DNA of 63,606 bases, counting the filler, from Intoshia linei (Eukaryota > Animalia > Orthonectida), in the NCBI GenBank assembly GCA_001642005.1. It is 5 parts of 5 records of this genome, joined end to end, with 100 filler letters (N's around TTAATTAATTAA, not from the genome) between each part and the next. Parts side by side here need not be neighbours in the genome. Positions count along the whole stretch, not along the records: positions 24,091 to 49,957 come from LWCA01000487.1; positions 50,058 to 59,456 come from LWCA01001375.1; 3 more parts are not named here. One strand, 5' to 3'. The position numbers were made by a program, and so were the translations under genes. This document shows positions 40,308 to 54,197 of the stretch, in pieces. Within the stretch, counting starts at the first letter, position 1. Every line of letters begins with the position of its first letter. The notes under the pieces were generated by a model. It had not been told where the DNA came from. It ran no database searches and was given only the letters and a program-made list of their open reading frames with translations.

Positions 40308-40866
40308 TTATTTCTCTATATCAATATTTTCATTAGACTTTTGAATCAAACATTCCATTATTTTTTTCATTTTTGTAACATTTGTTTTGCCATCTAACAG
40401 TTCAAATCTGCGAGAATATCTCTTTTTGTGTAGAGGTTTTTTACTGATTTTAAAATGTACAATTATTAGTAAAATTGCTCCAAATATAATAAAAGAAAAT
40501 AGTACTACAAGGACACAAAAGAATATAGTTTTGTAACTATCCGACTTTACTACATTGTAGATTATCGGAGTGTGATTATAGAAATTATTATTCTTCAATT
40601 GGATATTTTCATCGTCTTCTTGAGTTGTATTGACATTACTTTCATCTATATTTCCATTTATAATTACATTTTCATCATTTTTGTCCACTTGATTATTTTT
40701 AATTCCATTATTGATATTATTATTGCTTTTTGTTTCACTACTACCATTATCTTTATTTATTTCAGTTACATTATTCATATTGCCAACATCGGAGCTTGTA
40801 CAATCGATATTAAACTTTTTAGATACATCATCATAACATTGATTCATATATAATTTGTACATATCC
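40308..40866 (-). CDS. Terminal exon of an unknown single-pass membrane protein
   Basis: 184-codon ORF following a TAG acceptor: Asn-rich stalk, TM IFFCVLVVLFSFIIFGAILLIIV, basic stop-transfer. Upstream exons are not resolved. Confidence 0.6.
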
Positions 40867-41069
40867 TAAAATGTAATTCAAATTTTTAAATAATAAGGTG
40901 ATGAATAGTTACATTTTAAAATTTAAAACCACCATGTTTTGGTCACATTTTCTTCTGATTACTTTTAATTGCTCATTTAGATAGCCCTACGCTATAAACC
41001 AGACATTCCCAATTGTTTTATTTTTTATACCTTTAAAAGTTTAAAATCTGGATTTAAAAAGAATTTTAA

Positions 41070-41266
41070 CCCTTTCACTGTCCACTGACTTTTATGTACA
41101 ATCACCACACGTCTGGAATTTATGTTTTAATTTAAACTTGTATTATTTTAAATTACCAATGTGAAAATATATATAAAATAATATAAAAGAATAAAGTTTA
41201 TATTATATAAAGTTATATAAAGAAATTGCTGTGTATATAATATAGTTTACACAAACAGTGAAAAGG
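41070..41266. mobile_element. piggyBac-type MITE, decayed
   Basis: TTAA|CCCTTTCACTGT ... ACAGTGAAAAGG|TGAA. Confidence 0.55.
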
Positions 41267-43949
41267 TGAAAAAAATCGTAAATCATTTGCTTATTCACGA
41301 GAATGGGTCCTTGTTTAAAATTTAAATTTAATATTTTACGATTGCAATATGTTACTCAATAGGTAAAGTAAACTAGTGTAGTACTAAATTTAAACAAATA
41401 AAATATAATATTATTATGGCCTTACTTGGAAAAGTTTTGATATATTACTGCATAATTTCAACACTAATATCACATTATGTTTATCTAAAATTTACAATAA
41501 AACAGATCAGTTTTTTGTCAGTACTTTTAGATATACTTGATATCTATTAATAAGTCATAAAAATTTTAAATATTTAGTTCCCATTACAATTTTCTAAAAC
41601 TAAATTAGTTAATTAAATCTATGCATTTCTCGGATATAAATTGTGATGCGAAAATAATTAATAAATTAACTAACTAATAAATAAATAAAAAATAATTAAT
41701 TAATTAATTAAAGTTAAAATTATTAACAAATAATGAAAAATAGACCTATTTACTGTACACTGGGTTATTGTAATTTATGCTAATTAGTTTAATAATTATT
41801 GAAGATTCCTAGGAAAAAATATATACAGGGACAGTCAAATACTGTTTGAACATATTTAAAATTAATAATATATATCAATAAATATATTTAAACTTAGAAT
41901 GAATTATACAATAATAATATTATCAGAAGTATATGAATGTATAATGTCACTTAAAAAGTAGATTTAATTATTGGTAAATTAATACAACAATATAAATAAC
42001 AATATTCGCATGAATAAACATGCTTCACCACTTTAATTTATTAATGTGATACTAAATTTCTGCTTCCCGAAATCATGTGTTTTTTTGATAGGAATAATTT
42101 CATTTTGTGCTATGTTCGTTTTATTAGTTGATACAATATACAAGAAAAATGTTATAAATATATTCAAATTTAAAAGAAACATAATATAAAATATATATTC
42201 AAATATTTATACAAATTAAATTGTCATAGTTGGTCCAATTCTTTAACTTCATGATAGAAATCCTTAAAAAATAAACATTAAATATTAAGTAAATATGTTT
42301 TAATAAATAAAGTTTCATTTATGAACATAATTTTTGACATTTTATATTACACTAGCTTGATGTTATATACTTCTTACATACACTAGCTAGATCTGCAAAA
42401 AATAACTGTATAAGAAATGGGAATATAAATCTATTATTTTACCTATAATAAATTCACAATATTCAATTCTTTAATCTACTTTCAGTGTTATTGAAATATC
42501 CAATAAAAAGTGTTCCAAATTTTGAAGTGATTTGAAGTGGTTTATTTTTTTAATTGGTCATGCTAAACACCTTTCCCGCAAATTAATTTGGCAAGGATTC
42601 AAATCAAAACTGGTCAAATTATTTTTGATTAGAATATTTTTTGAAGAATAACATGTTTTTTTATACAAAGTGGAAAAAAATTAATTTACAAATTATTAAT
42701 TGTTAATATAATTAGCCCAGTGTTCAGTATATTTTGTAAATAGATATTATGTTAAAATAGAAAAATTTAAATCACACAATCTCAAAATAAAAACTTTTAT
42801 ATTTATCCATTGGTTAGTTTTATTAGTTTGATAATTAATCACGTTAATATATATATAATTAATTACAAATAGTAAAATTAAATAATTACTAATCCCAGCA
42901 TGGACATTTCCAAAATGTAAGGCACAAGTGTCAATGAGAAATAGTTTAATGTGTCGGCTATATTTTAAAATTAGATAAAATGTAATACAATGTGCTGTAC
43001 GGTGTCAATCATATCAAAGAATCAAGGACGGTTGAAAATGGTGTATTTTAGTTAAAAATCAAATTCAAAAAAATATTTAACAAAGATCTCTAGTCGATTT
43101 GCAATGAACAAAAAACTAATTAAAAATTAATATTAAAACACAATAAATTATTAATTATTAGAAACTACTAGCTGCCCTGTTATGTACATTGTACAAAAAG
43201 CATCCCAGCTCTGCCGAGAATGCAGTATGCAAAAATATTTATTTTGAGGTTTCAAAGTTTAATTTGAAACCTTTAATTTATGATAATGCTTATGATTTTA
43301 TAAACTGACCCCGAATTTGTGTTTTTTAAATTTTACGATTCGTCGTTTTAAAATTTTTTTTACGGTTTTTTTTGTCAAGAGGATAATTTCCTATGTTGAA
43401 ATTTGACTTACTTTCTACACCGGCAAAAACTTGTATATATAAAAAGTATAATTTATACTTTTAACAATTCTGGGACTGTCAGTTTTATGAATAAATACTT
43501 AAAAAATTACTAATAAATTTTTGTTTTTTCCCACTGGTTACTGCATTAGCATATCTTTCAAATATACTGATATCATCAAGAGCATCATTCACTCTGAATA
43601 AATACAGAAGTAACACCATGAAAACTAAATTGTATTATAATAATTACAGTTTTAAAGTTAACCCTAAAACAACCGAACCAAAAATATAACGATAACTACT
43701 AGCGGTGTTTATTTTAACTATATTTTTCGTTTTAAGACTAATTTTGAGTTATAAATATTATACTATACAATGCTATACTACAATTTATGTATAATGATGT
43801 ATAACATACGTTTTTGTACGTCTATCGAATTTCGGATATTCACAATCGAATCCATTCATTGAATTCCAAAAAATATCATTTTTATCAAAGCATTAAAGAT
43901 TTGTATCGATTCCAGTGGATATATTGAATACTGTTGATAATATAATAAA

Positions 43950-44210
43950 CTAGGTTGACTGTTATGTACTACGTACAAACAGCACCTAGCTCTGCCGAAA
44001 GCACATTTTTCTTCTACCAAAAAAATAAATTCACGTTGAAAATCTAACTTAAAAATCCTACTAGTCACTATTATCAATCCTTTAAAAAAGTGGTTCCCAA
44101 ACTTGTTTTAGGTAGAATTTGCATATCACATTACTATTTACTTTAAAGTGAATTATTCCATTTTAATTTTGTTTTGTTAACATTTGTGTAAAGAATTTTA
44201 AAAATAATTT
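43950..44210 (-). mobile_element. Helitron 3' fragment
   Basis: CTAGGTTGACTGTTATGTACTACGTACAAACAG..., same family as 21605. Confidence 0.8.
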
Positions 44211-47200
44211 TTATCTTATTTTTTTAATTTATTAGACAGAATGTGTGTATAATCTTTACTTATATACAAAGTAAAAAATAAATAAATACAAACAAACTAA
44301 ATAATAAAGTAAAATGGTTAAAAATGTCTGTTTATTTGTTCCAGCTTATTTAAGAAAGTAATGGGATTCGAGTTTTACTAATTCCATATTCTTACAACCG
44401 TTTTTCCAGTGTGTTGTTTTATTGCAAATTTTAATTTCAGAAATTGTGTTCTTCAAGATTAAAAATCCCAATTGTGCTTTGTTTTTAAATTCAAACCCGT
44501 CCTAGAGTTATAAAAATACACATTCTAATGAAGTTTTAAATTCATCAATATTATGATAATTTTCAACTTTAACATTTAGAAATTTAATTTTGACGTTTAT
44601 TTATGTCAAAGCATCAGTTATAAATATTTATATATTCACTAATATAATATATATTTTTATATCATTTTTACATATAGACGTATTTATAATAAAATTTACA
44701 AGCCAAATTTTTTATTATTATTGTATGGAGTTTAATAGTTAACAATTACTAAAGTTTTTTTTTTGTTAATGAAAATATGATTTACTAAAAAAACATAATA
44801 CATTTGAAAATGTTTAGCATTTCTATATTTTCCAACTACTGCAAATGAATTTACGTGATTTATGACAAATTTATTTAAATTACGAGAGAAAGTGAAAAAT
44901 ACAACTTTCCATTATTAAATATATGAGGATCCATCGCATCCATCCATCCATGGATAATATCAATAAATTATGATACATATTATGTATATACGTTTTCAAT
45001 CGTTAAGACTATGTTTTCAGCAATAAGATTATGTTTGCAATCAATAAAATTTTATTATGGAAATGTACATATACAACCTAACTCAATTTTTTGGATTTTT
45101 GCTAAATTATATAGAATGCATATTATGCATTGAATACAATTTAAATAATGTAAATTGTCAGAATTCGAGAAATTAAATCGTTAATAAAATCCAAAAAAAT
45201 TGAGCTAGAAACAAATTTAAAAAAATAAACTGTATAACTAAACATGGAGAACAATATTATAAAGTCGGTACTACATTTAAAAGCTCACACACCAATTTCC
45301 GTTAAAATAAAGTTCAGTTTTAATTTCATCCATAATATTTTTAAAGTGATGTTAAAAATGACAAACGCAACTCTATTAGATAGCGTTAAATGTTTTTGAT
45401 TGCGAATTAGTTTATTTATTTTAAAAACACACACTTTTAGTGCTAATTTTCCATCAAATTCTAAAATTTTTGAAAAAATGTGACACCCTAATATACATAT
45501 ATAATATACATGTAGTGATGAGAATTTATATTTTAATAAAATTTTAAATTAAAAATTGCCATAGTAATGACTGTATAAGAAATTTACTATACAATTTTGA
45601 ATATAAATCGTTCATTGTCATCGAAATTAATTATTGACTGAATTCATTATAGACGGATAGACTTATATTATTTGGTGGTTAACAGGGTTGATATATTGTA
45701 TGGTATAGTTAATATATACTTATGTGCTAATTCAAAATTTATACCTATAAAAATCTTTGTGTGTCTTGTTTGCATATATAACTTTATAGCTGGAATGTAT
45801 TGTTTACACTAATAATCAGTCTGAAATAAATAGTTAAACCTATAATTACCAAAAAAAAATACGAGAAATATTTTATGAAGCTCATCAAGTGAAACTTTAT
45901 GTACTATACCCGTATATACCACTTAATCAATTAAATTAAACAAAATTAAAACATTTTACAAAGATTTGTATGAAATGCTTATCATTAAATAGCTGACATT
46001 TTTGTAGTCGATATAATGACCGTTATTGGTCTGAAATTTCGATGTTCGATAACAGTGGAACCACCACTATTGACTGCTTCCGTTAGTTTCTCCAAAAAAA
46101 TTAATTTTTAGCATTTTTCATATAAAGATTCCGTTATTGGCCTGTTTCTATTATTGGCTGTCATTTTTGAAATAAACATTGGTGCCCTGGTACAAAATAA
46201 TGTTGAAGATTGTGAAAATTTATATAAATTGAGGGAGTTATTTAAGTTGTATCTAACGTGATCACCATGATCACTTTATGATTTTTTACGATAATAATGT
46301 TTAATTTGTAAAAATCTTTAAATAACATTACACCAGTATCATATATAAATATAATTATCACGTTTGCATCAAATACAAACCTGTTTTTCACTGTCGCATA
46401 TGTAAAAAATTCGTCTCTTTACAACGGGTGAATTTGAAAATTAATTTAATTTCAGTAATATTATCTGATAAAGGAATCTAAAAGATACTTCTATAGAAAT
46501 ACACAACGGATCAAAATTTTTATCTCCATCAAAAATTTTCATTATTCATTAATGATATTACATTGTTCTTAATTTTGTCTAAAATGATACCATTTACTAG
46601 TAAAATCTCTTCCAGTGAATGTATACTTTTGATTTGAGATAAATTCGGCAAATTTAGTGATATGGTCATAATATGGTCATAATATGGTTAAAAATGTTTG
46701 AATATGACACGTTCTGAAAACATTGGTTTAATGTAGTGACAACAATTATTCTACGAAAGTTTCTATTCCTAATTAACCCAATTAACTGACTTTAAATTCT
46801 ACAATGTAAAACTATCATATTTTGTATAACCAAGGGTATAGTGTTAAAAGACAATTTAACATTTATGACATCATTCTTAATTAATATTTATTTTTTCACG
46901 TTCATCATTTTTTCTTGATTCCAGTTGTTGTTTTAATTCTTTTATAATATATTTATTACGTTGGTTTTCTGTTTTCAGTTTCAAACTTGAGACAGATTTC
47001 TAATATAGAGAATTAATATTTATGTAACTAGTAAAATCATTAAATTCGTATTTATAGTAAATAATAAACCTTTTGAGTATCGTAGCAATTGACGAAACAT
47101 GAATGTTTGGACCATCCTTTCGATAAATCAAGCGATTGAACCATCATCTAATATATAATTTTTTAATTGGATTTTGAGATTAATTTATATGAAATCATGG

Positions 47201-47427
47201 TAGCACTTTTTTTTCAATAAGTTAAGTTTTTGCTAGCTTTAGAGTCAATAATTACTATTTTCACGATCTCACACTAATACCTAGAGTATTTATCTAATTT
47301 AATTTAGTATACAAAATATCAATCTGATCTAGAAAGGCTAGTTAAATTTTTACCCTCTAAGGCAGTGATTCTCACTTTTTTACCATAGCGCATACTTAGC
47401 ATAAACCACCTAATTTGTAATTTTATA

Positions 47428-48007
47428 GATTATTTTTTCGAATGAATCAATGATTTGTGTGATGGGCAACCAATGTAAAAATGTGCGCAGAAGATCATGC
47501 GAATCGTCAAGGCCAGAATGCATCATACAAACAGTAAAATTTTCTAACAAAAGTAATGGTTTTGGGGATATATCTTCTGTGGGAATGGGTGAATTACAGA
47601 TTTGTGAAGGTATAATGAACCAGCATACCTATAAAAATGTATTAAAAAATTTTTTTGATGAAGTGACACAACGGCACATTGATCAGAAGTATATATTCCA
47701 ACATGATTCCGCTCCATGTCACAAAGCCGAATCTGTAACTTCATATTTCCAAAATGAAGGTATTGCCATTCTTGAATGGCCCGGAAATTCCCCAGATATG
47801 AACCCAATCGAAAATTTGTGGGCAAAATTGAAAGAGGAAGTTCATACAATTCCAATAAGATCAAAATCGGAACTGATTATTCGCCTACATACAGTATGGA
47901 ACAATTCTTCTAATTTGAAAAAACTGGCAAAAGACGTATTAATAGTATGCCGCGGAGAGTTATGGCTCTCATACATGCTGAAGGAGGTGTTACAAAATAT
48001 TAATTAA
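47428..48007 (+). mobile_element. Tc1-like DDE transposase remnant
   Basis: IFSNES, FQHDSAPCHKA, WPGNSPDMNPIENLW. Confidence 0.9.
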
Positions 48008-48671
48008 TTTTAATTAATCATAAATATATATGTAACTTATATTCAAAATTTTATTTAATTTCATCAACTCATTAGTGAATTAATAACAAAAGAATATATA
48101 AAAAATAATTATTATAATCTTATGATCAACACTATTATGCATCGTGGAGAAATGGATTAAAACATTTCATAACATCTTTGCATATAAAATTATTACTTGA
48201 CCCTTCTTTGCAGCACAATTTCTAGATTTTTCCAATAATAATTTTTCTTGAGTTTCTGTCAATATTTTTAAAGTATATTGATAATTTGTTCGACTGTCGC
48301 TCAATTCATTCTAAACATAAAAATCCATATTATTTTAAATTTTACAGGAATATCGAGTTTATTAAGCGTAATTTACAACATTCATCACAGTTGTGATTAC
48401 ATCCTTTACTTATATAAAATTAAATATCTGCGTGTGTGTTACCGTTTATTTAAAAAAATAATAATGTTAGAATTAAAAAACCCAAATATTAATTAATTTA
48501 CTTTAGGCTTTACTTTATGAATGCCAAAATTAAACTTTTCTATGATTCAACATAACTTAGTGCGCTAAGTTAACTAACGCTACGACCATATATACGAAAT
48601 GTACGAATTGAAAATCTTACGAGTTCGAACTCCAATTCTTATTAAATAAAACGTGACAAATACCAAAATAG

Positions 48672-49277
48672 TATATTGCAGTGTTAGAGTTATAATGTTC
48701 TATCTGCATTTTTGTAAAAAATGAGGTTTTTGATGAAAAATGTTTTAAATCATATTTTACATTTTTACCAAAAAAATTAAGCTTGAAACCGTATTATTTT
48801 ATGATATAACGAACATTTACTGGTTCAATTACTAAATCTCAACTTGATAATTCCTTAAAAAATTATCAAATTCCTATTAAAAATAACCTCGCAGATTCTA
48901 AAAAATAAGATATAAGTATGTTAATCAAAATAGACAATGAGTAAATAATTTTATAATTTAAACATATAAGTTAATAAAAATGTTAAATGTTAACAGTTTC
49001 TATAGAATAATGTTCTATTTGAATTTTTTTCAAATCAAATAGTTAGATAGATTGTTCTATTAGTGAAATTCAAGTTCTGAAAAACCCTTATGTTTTTATT
49101 TTTATCGTACGAAACTTTTCAATATACTTTAACAAATATTAAAAAACTAAATTGTATAATTAAATTTCAACATAAAAATTATATTTTAGGCAATATAGTA
49201 CTTTTAAACTTTAAAGTCGATTTATAAAAAACTATGTTTTTGCAGATAGAACATTATAACTCTAACACTGCGATATA
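48672..49277. mobile_element. MITE with TIRs of about 37 bp
   Basis: TATATTGCAGTGTTAGAGTTATAATGTTCTATCTGCA / TGCAGATAGAACATTATAACTCTAACACTGCGATATA. Confidence 0.75.
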
Positions 49278-50103
49278 GCACTGGTCGAAGGTCAAAATTA
49301 TCGATAATTTTAATTATTACTAAACGATAGAGCATATCATTTTACATAGAAAAATGAAATATTATAAAAATTAATCGCGTAGATTTCATACAGTTCACCT
49401 TTGAAAATGCCATTTATCCATTTTTTTAATATTAATAACTATGGTTAAAGTAATATATAAGAATATATTTTATATTATATGTCATTAAATATTGTAAACT
49501 AAACTAAATTATAATTGTAGTGGATTCTTCACACATTAATTATAAAATAAATAAAAATTAAATAATTAGTGTCTACAGCATATTCGAGATTAAATAAACT
49601 TAATTTATATATTATAATATCGTTAAAATTAAGGAATCATCTTTTTATAATTTTTTTTTTAATCTGCTGTTTTTAAATAAACTTGTATCCAATGTTATTT
49701 TACTATAAATATGCTCTATTTTGGCTTCTAACAAAATCTTCTAATGGATATAACTTTTATTCTAGTGAATGAAAAGTTTTAATATTTTGGCATATCATTT
49801 TATTCATATATTAATATGTAGATACATTACATTACTTACATTTTGTTATTCAAATACAATATAATTCAAATATAATATATTATAGTTTTTGAGAAGTGTC
49901 AAATAATGTATTAGGTCGTTTCATAAGTAATGTCGTTTTTATTGTAACTTTATTATANNNNNNNNNNNNNNNNNNNNNNNNNNNNNNNNNNNNNNNNNNN
50001 NTTAATTAATTAANNNNNNNNNNNNNNNNNNNNNNNNNNNNNNNNNNNNNNNNNNNNCGTTGACTGTAATCAGATTTTTCTAGCAATGAGATTATATGAT
50101 TTT

Positions 50104-50250
50104 TTGTTTGGAAATAAATATCTTTACTTTTGCCTATTTTAAATTATCAAATTTTGAATTTTAAAATTAAATTTCTGAAAGAGAATGATGTTAGGAATTA
50201 TAATTTAACAAATATATGTAACTAGCAGGTCGATAAATCGTATTATTATA
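50104..50250. repeat. Dispersed repeat, inverted copy at about 59310-59456
   Basis: About 145 bp, nearly identical in reverse complement. Both copies lie next to assembly gaps. Confidence 0.75.
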
Positions 50251-51341
50251 AGATTTCTTCACTTAATAACTTGGGTTGGTAAATTTTGTAATTTTTAGTA
50301 AAAATTTTTGGATTTAAGTAAAAATTGTTGGGTTTAAGAATTGTTTGGTTCTCATTTTACATCATCAATAACAGTAGTGATAGACTCAATTTGCTTGGCG
50401 GGCCAAATGTGACCAAAAAAATTTTTACGCGGACCGTACCAAAAAAATATCTTAACTCAATACATTATTAAACTAACAGTTTTAATTAATTAATAAAATG
50501 AAATAAGATAAAATATGGAATAAATATGAAATATAATAAAATAAGGGCATTACTAATGCTAGAATTGTAATCAGGAATAAATAAATAATGTAAAATATTT
50601 TAAAAAAAAAATTAAAAATTTTGTTATAACGCGGCAGCACATTCCATAATTGGGGGCCGCATAATTAACACCCATAATCAATAAGCAATGCGTATTAAGT
50701 ATGTAAAAAAATTTTAAATTTATTTTATTTTATTTATTTTAGATATTTTAACTTAAAATAAAAAATTAAATACACAAGAATAATCTTTATATCAGATGTA
50801 TATTAAATTTTTAACGTCTAAAAATAATTTGATCATAAAATTTTAATCATATTCACCGTAAACTATTTTCTTAATTTTATGTGTGTACTTTAAATATATG
50901 AAAATAAGTTCAGTGTATATTTATTTTACATATATTCGATTTTAAAAAATGACAATTATTTTTAAAGTTTTATGCTTTATAATGTTTTGTATGTGTCATG
51001 CACCGCAACCAAAAGAGAATTATAGTATATTAATCTTATATAGTTTTATATTTCATTATTAGTTGCAAGTAATAACAATTATACACCGTTTAAATTTTTA
51101 TATATTCCAAAAGCTTCCATTATGACATTTCTTGCCAACATTGACTCAATATCTAAGTAATATGGATTAAATTTGTATTTTTAGGATGTAATTTCTTCAA
51201 TATTGTATATTGTATATATAACGTTTCTGTTTTGTACTGGGTACAAACAATAAATCTTTTCCACTAGCGAAAATTTCGATATATATTTTTTAATATACTT
51301 TAAAATCAAAAAGAAATAGTGTGTTAAGAAAATATAAATAA

Positions 51342-51590
51342 CTAGGTTGACTGTTATGTATTACGTACTAACAGGATCTAGTTCAGCAGAGGGCACATTT
51401 TTATTATACTTAAAAAAATTTACGTTGAAAATCTAATTTAAAAATCTTACTATTCACTATTATCAATCATTTAAAGGAGTGGTTTCCAAATTTGTTTCAT
51501 GTGGAACCATCATATCACATTACTTTTTACTTTAACGTGAATTATTCCATCTTAATTGTTTGTTTGTTAACATTAGCATACAGAATTTTA
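51342..51590 (-). mobile_element. Helitron 3' fragment
   Basis: CTAGGTTGACTGTTATGTATTACGTAC..., same family. Confidence 0.75.
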
Positions 51591-52636
51591 ATTGTTGTGA
51601 TTGATGTGATTTATAGAATATTACTCATACTACACGGTCATGTATTTAATTAATTTCTAAAATTCGACTAAAAAGTTAACGCTCTAATGTATATATGTAT
51701 ATTTAAATACAGAATTTCGTGGTGACAAGCTCCAATCCACTTAAACATTGATGTCCTTTTTCTATAATTCTAAATGGTACCTCAGTGAAATTCCAAACAC
51801 TGTGGACACAAGGTTTGCGAACATCATTGACGCATATGGAAAGCACCTTATACATTTTTTTACAATAAATCAATTTATTTAAAAATTTTAACAAAAATTA
51901 ATAAATTTGATTTAAGATTAACAATAAAATGTTCAATACTTTAATGGCTTTGTCCCGGAGTGTTTTAAAAACTGCAACCTAGGTTGGGTACAAATTAAAA
52001 TTATTCCAATTTCTCGTTGATATTATGGTGTACTTTTTATATAAAAGTTTGCCGACCCTAACAGTCTACATATTTGACGATGAAAAACGAATCATAAAGA
52101 TTAATGTATTATAGACAGTAAAAATAGATATATAATAAATATCATTTGATGTATTAAATAGTAATTAAATATAGATTTATAAATAGAGAGTAATTAATTA
52201 AATAATATGAATTTCAAATGATATCAATATTTTTATGATTTTATCATCATATCAAACAAATTGAAATATTTTAGAGGCATCGAATTTATCAACGGTCAAA
52301 ATTGGATAATTAATACAAATTATTAAATTTGATTAATATCCTAAATGGATAATAACACACCTAATTTTGTTAATACTGCATTGTATTCGTATTTAAATAA
52401 TATTTTGATATTCTTTAGTGGTGTAGGACCTATAGTTGGTACAGTGGGTTTAGGTTTAGGTACAAAAACTCTATAAAATAAGTTATAATGAATATAAGTA
52501 AGTTTTTAATAAAATATTATTATTTACTACAATGTAATATGTTGTAAAATTCGATCAGAGTGTTAAGTATTTTATTACGTTTTTTAAATACTAAAATGTT
52601 GATATTTAGTTTGTAAATTATTTATAAATCATTTTA

Positions 52637-53105
52637 ACACTTTCAATGCCGAAATAATTACATTCTAAAATGTAATTTATGATAAATTATCATAATCTTT
52701 GATTAATCTTTGAACCAACAATTAATTGATTTTTTTCAATAATTTTTACCAATTTTTAATTGCAATTAAATTGGTTGCAATCTATTAATTCCAATCCCTG
52801 ATGACAGATATCTAGTCTCATACATGATACTTCTAATTTTTAGATTTTTCAAGTACGTTAAATAACTCAAATAAAAATTAAATTGAGTGGTCGATAAAAT
52901 ATTTATATGAACAATAGTAAATCTAAAAATTGTCACTTTTAACTATTTCTGAAAGGTAGGTACATGATTCTATATGAACTTCAAATTGTATATAATATAA
53001 AGCATATCCTTGATTAAACGACATAAAATATTTATAGTGTTAGTACAGTTGTAGTTAAGAGCCTTTTTAATTGATGTACATATGTGCTACATCGGCTTTT
53101 AAAGG
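52637..53105. mobile_element. piggyBac-type MITE, decayed
   Basis: TTAA|CACTTTCAATGCCGA ... TCGGCTTTTAAAGGG|TTAA. Confidence 0.55.
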
Positions 53106-53493
53106 GTTAAATGTTATTCTTTAAATAATTTAATGTAATGCACTAATAATATTATTTACAATGAAAATTTTTCTATTCTAGATAGTAAATATAAATAAAT
53201 TTTTTTATTATTTTTTATTTAATTTTATATTGATAAATTAGAATTGATTAGTTTTATCATTAAACTAATTTAAAAATATAAATTTAAATAAATTATTTTT
53301 TCACGATTGATTTTCTTATATCAACTTAAATAGTGTCTACACTAAAGTCTCGACATGTTACATTTCTCAGTTGGAACCACTGATGTATAATAATCATGAT
53401 ATGTTTTGTTTAGTACGTAATACTTTTTTCATTCATATATAAAAACTTTAGAATCTAAATAATTCAATAAACTGTACAGTGTACACTGTAAAG

Positions 53494-53785
53494 CAGGGAT
53501 CACCACACACCAGTCGCCCACAAAATATTTTTGGTGGCCCTTGAAGTAAATATGTAAATTATTTATTTTTAAATTTTTCAACTTTTAAACACATATTTAT
53601 ACCATAATTGGCTCATTATAATCATTTTAATTCTGAATGTTCAGATCGCCCTCGATATTATTTTGTTGAATATACTAGAACCGTTTCTCTTCAGTTAAAA
53701 TTGAAATGTATTATGTGTAAATTTTCAAAAACGGGTCGCGTATAATTTTTTGATATAAAAAAGTGGCCGACGTTGCCGACTCCGG
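53494..53785. mobile_element. hAT MITE
   Basis: CAGGGATCACCAC ... GTTGCCGACTCCGG with flanks CTGTAAAG / CTGTACAG (7/8 TSD). Confidence 0.6.
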
Positions 53786-54197
53786 CTGTACAGTGCAAAC
53801 ATTATTAATAATTATATTTTAGAGAGTAAAATATGACAATTACATTAATAATTAAAGTATTATGCGAAATATATGAAGTGTATCTGTATATGCAAATAAT
53901 AATAGTTTGTTATATTTAGACGGTAAATTAATGAATAAATGCGTCATTTTTTACTGAATAACTTGAATTATTTTTACGTGCGTTAAAGTTAACCTATATA
54001 ACGATAAATATATGTTATTGGAAAAATTCGCCCTTCAAAAATATTCGAAAACTAATTTTAGTGTCATTTAATCCTAGATACCTCTTTACGGCTCTTATGT
54101 TGACTTTTTAATTTATCACACAAATTAGTCATGCTATTTGTAAAGTCTTGAAAAATATTATAAATCTTTAATTAACAATTAAATATTTCTAAGTCTT

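Noticed and set aside
48555-48640. tRNA/SINE-like B box GAGTTCGAACTCC
   Set aside because: No convincing cloverleaf or acceptor stem and no clear second copy, so it cannot be supported.
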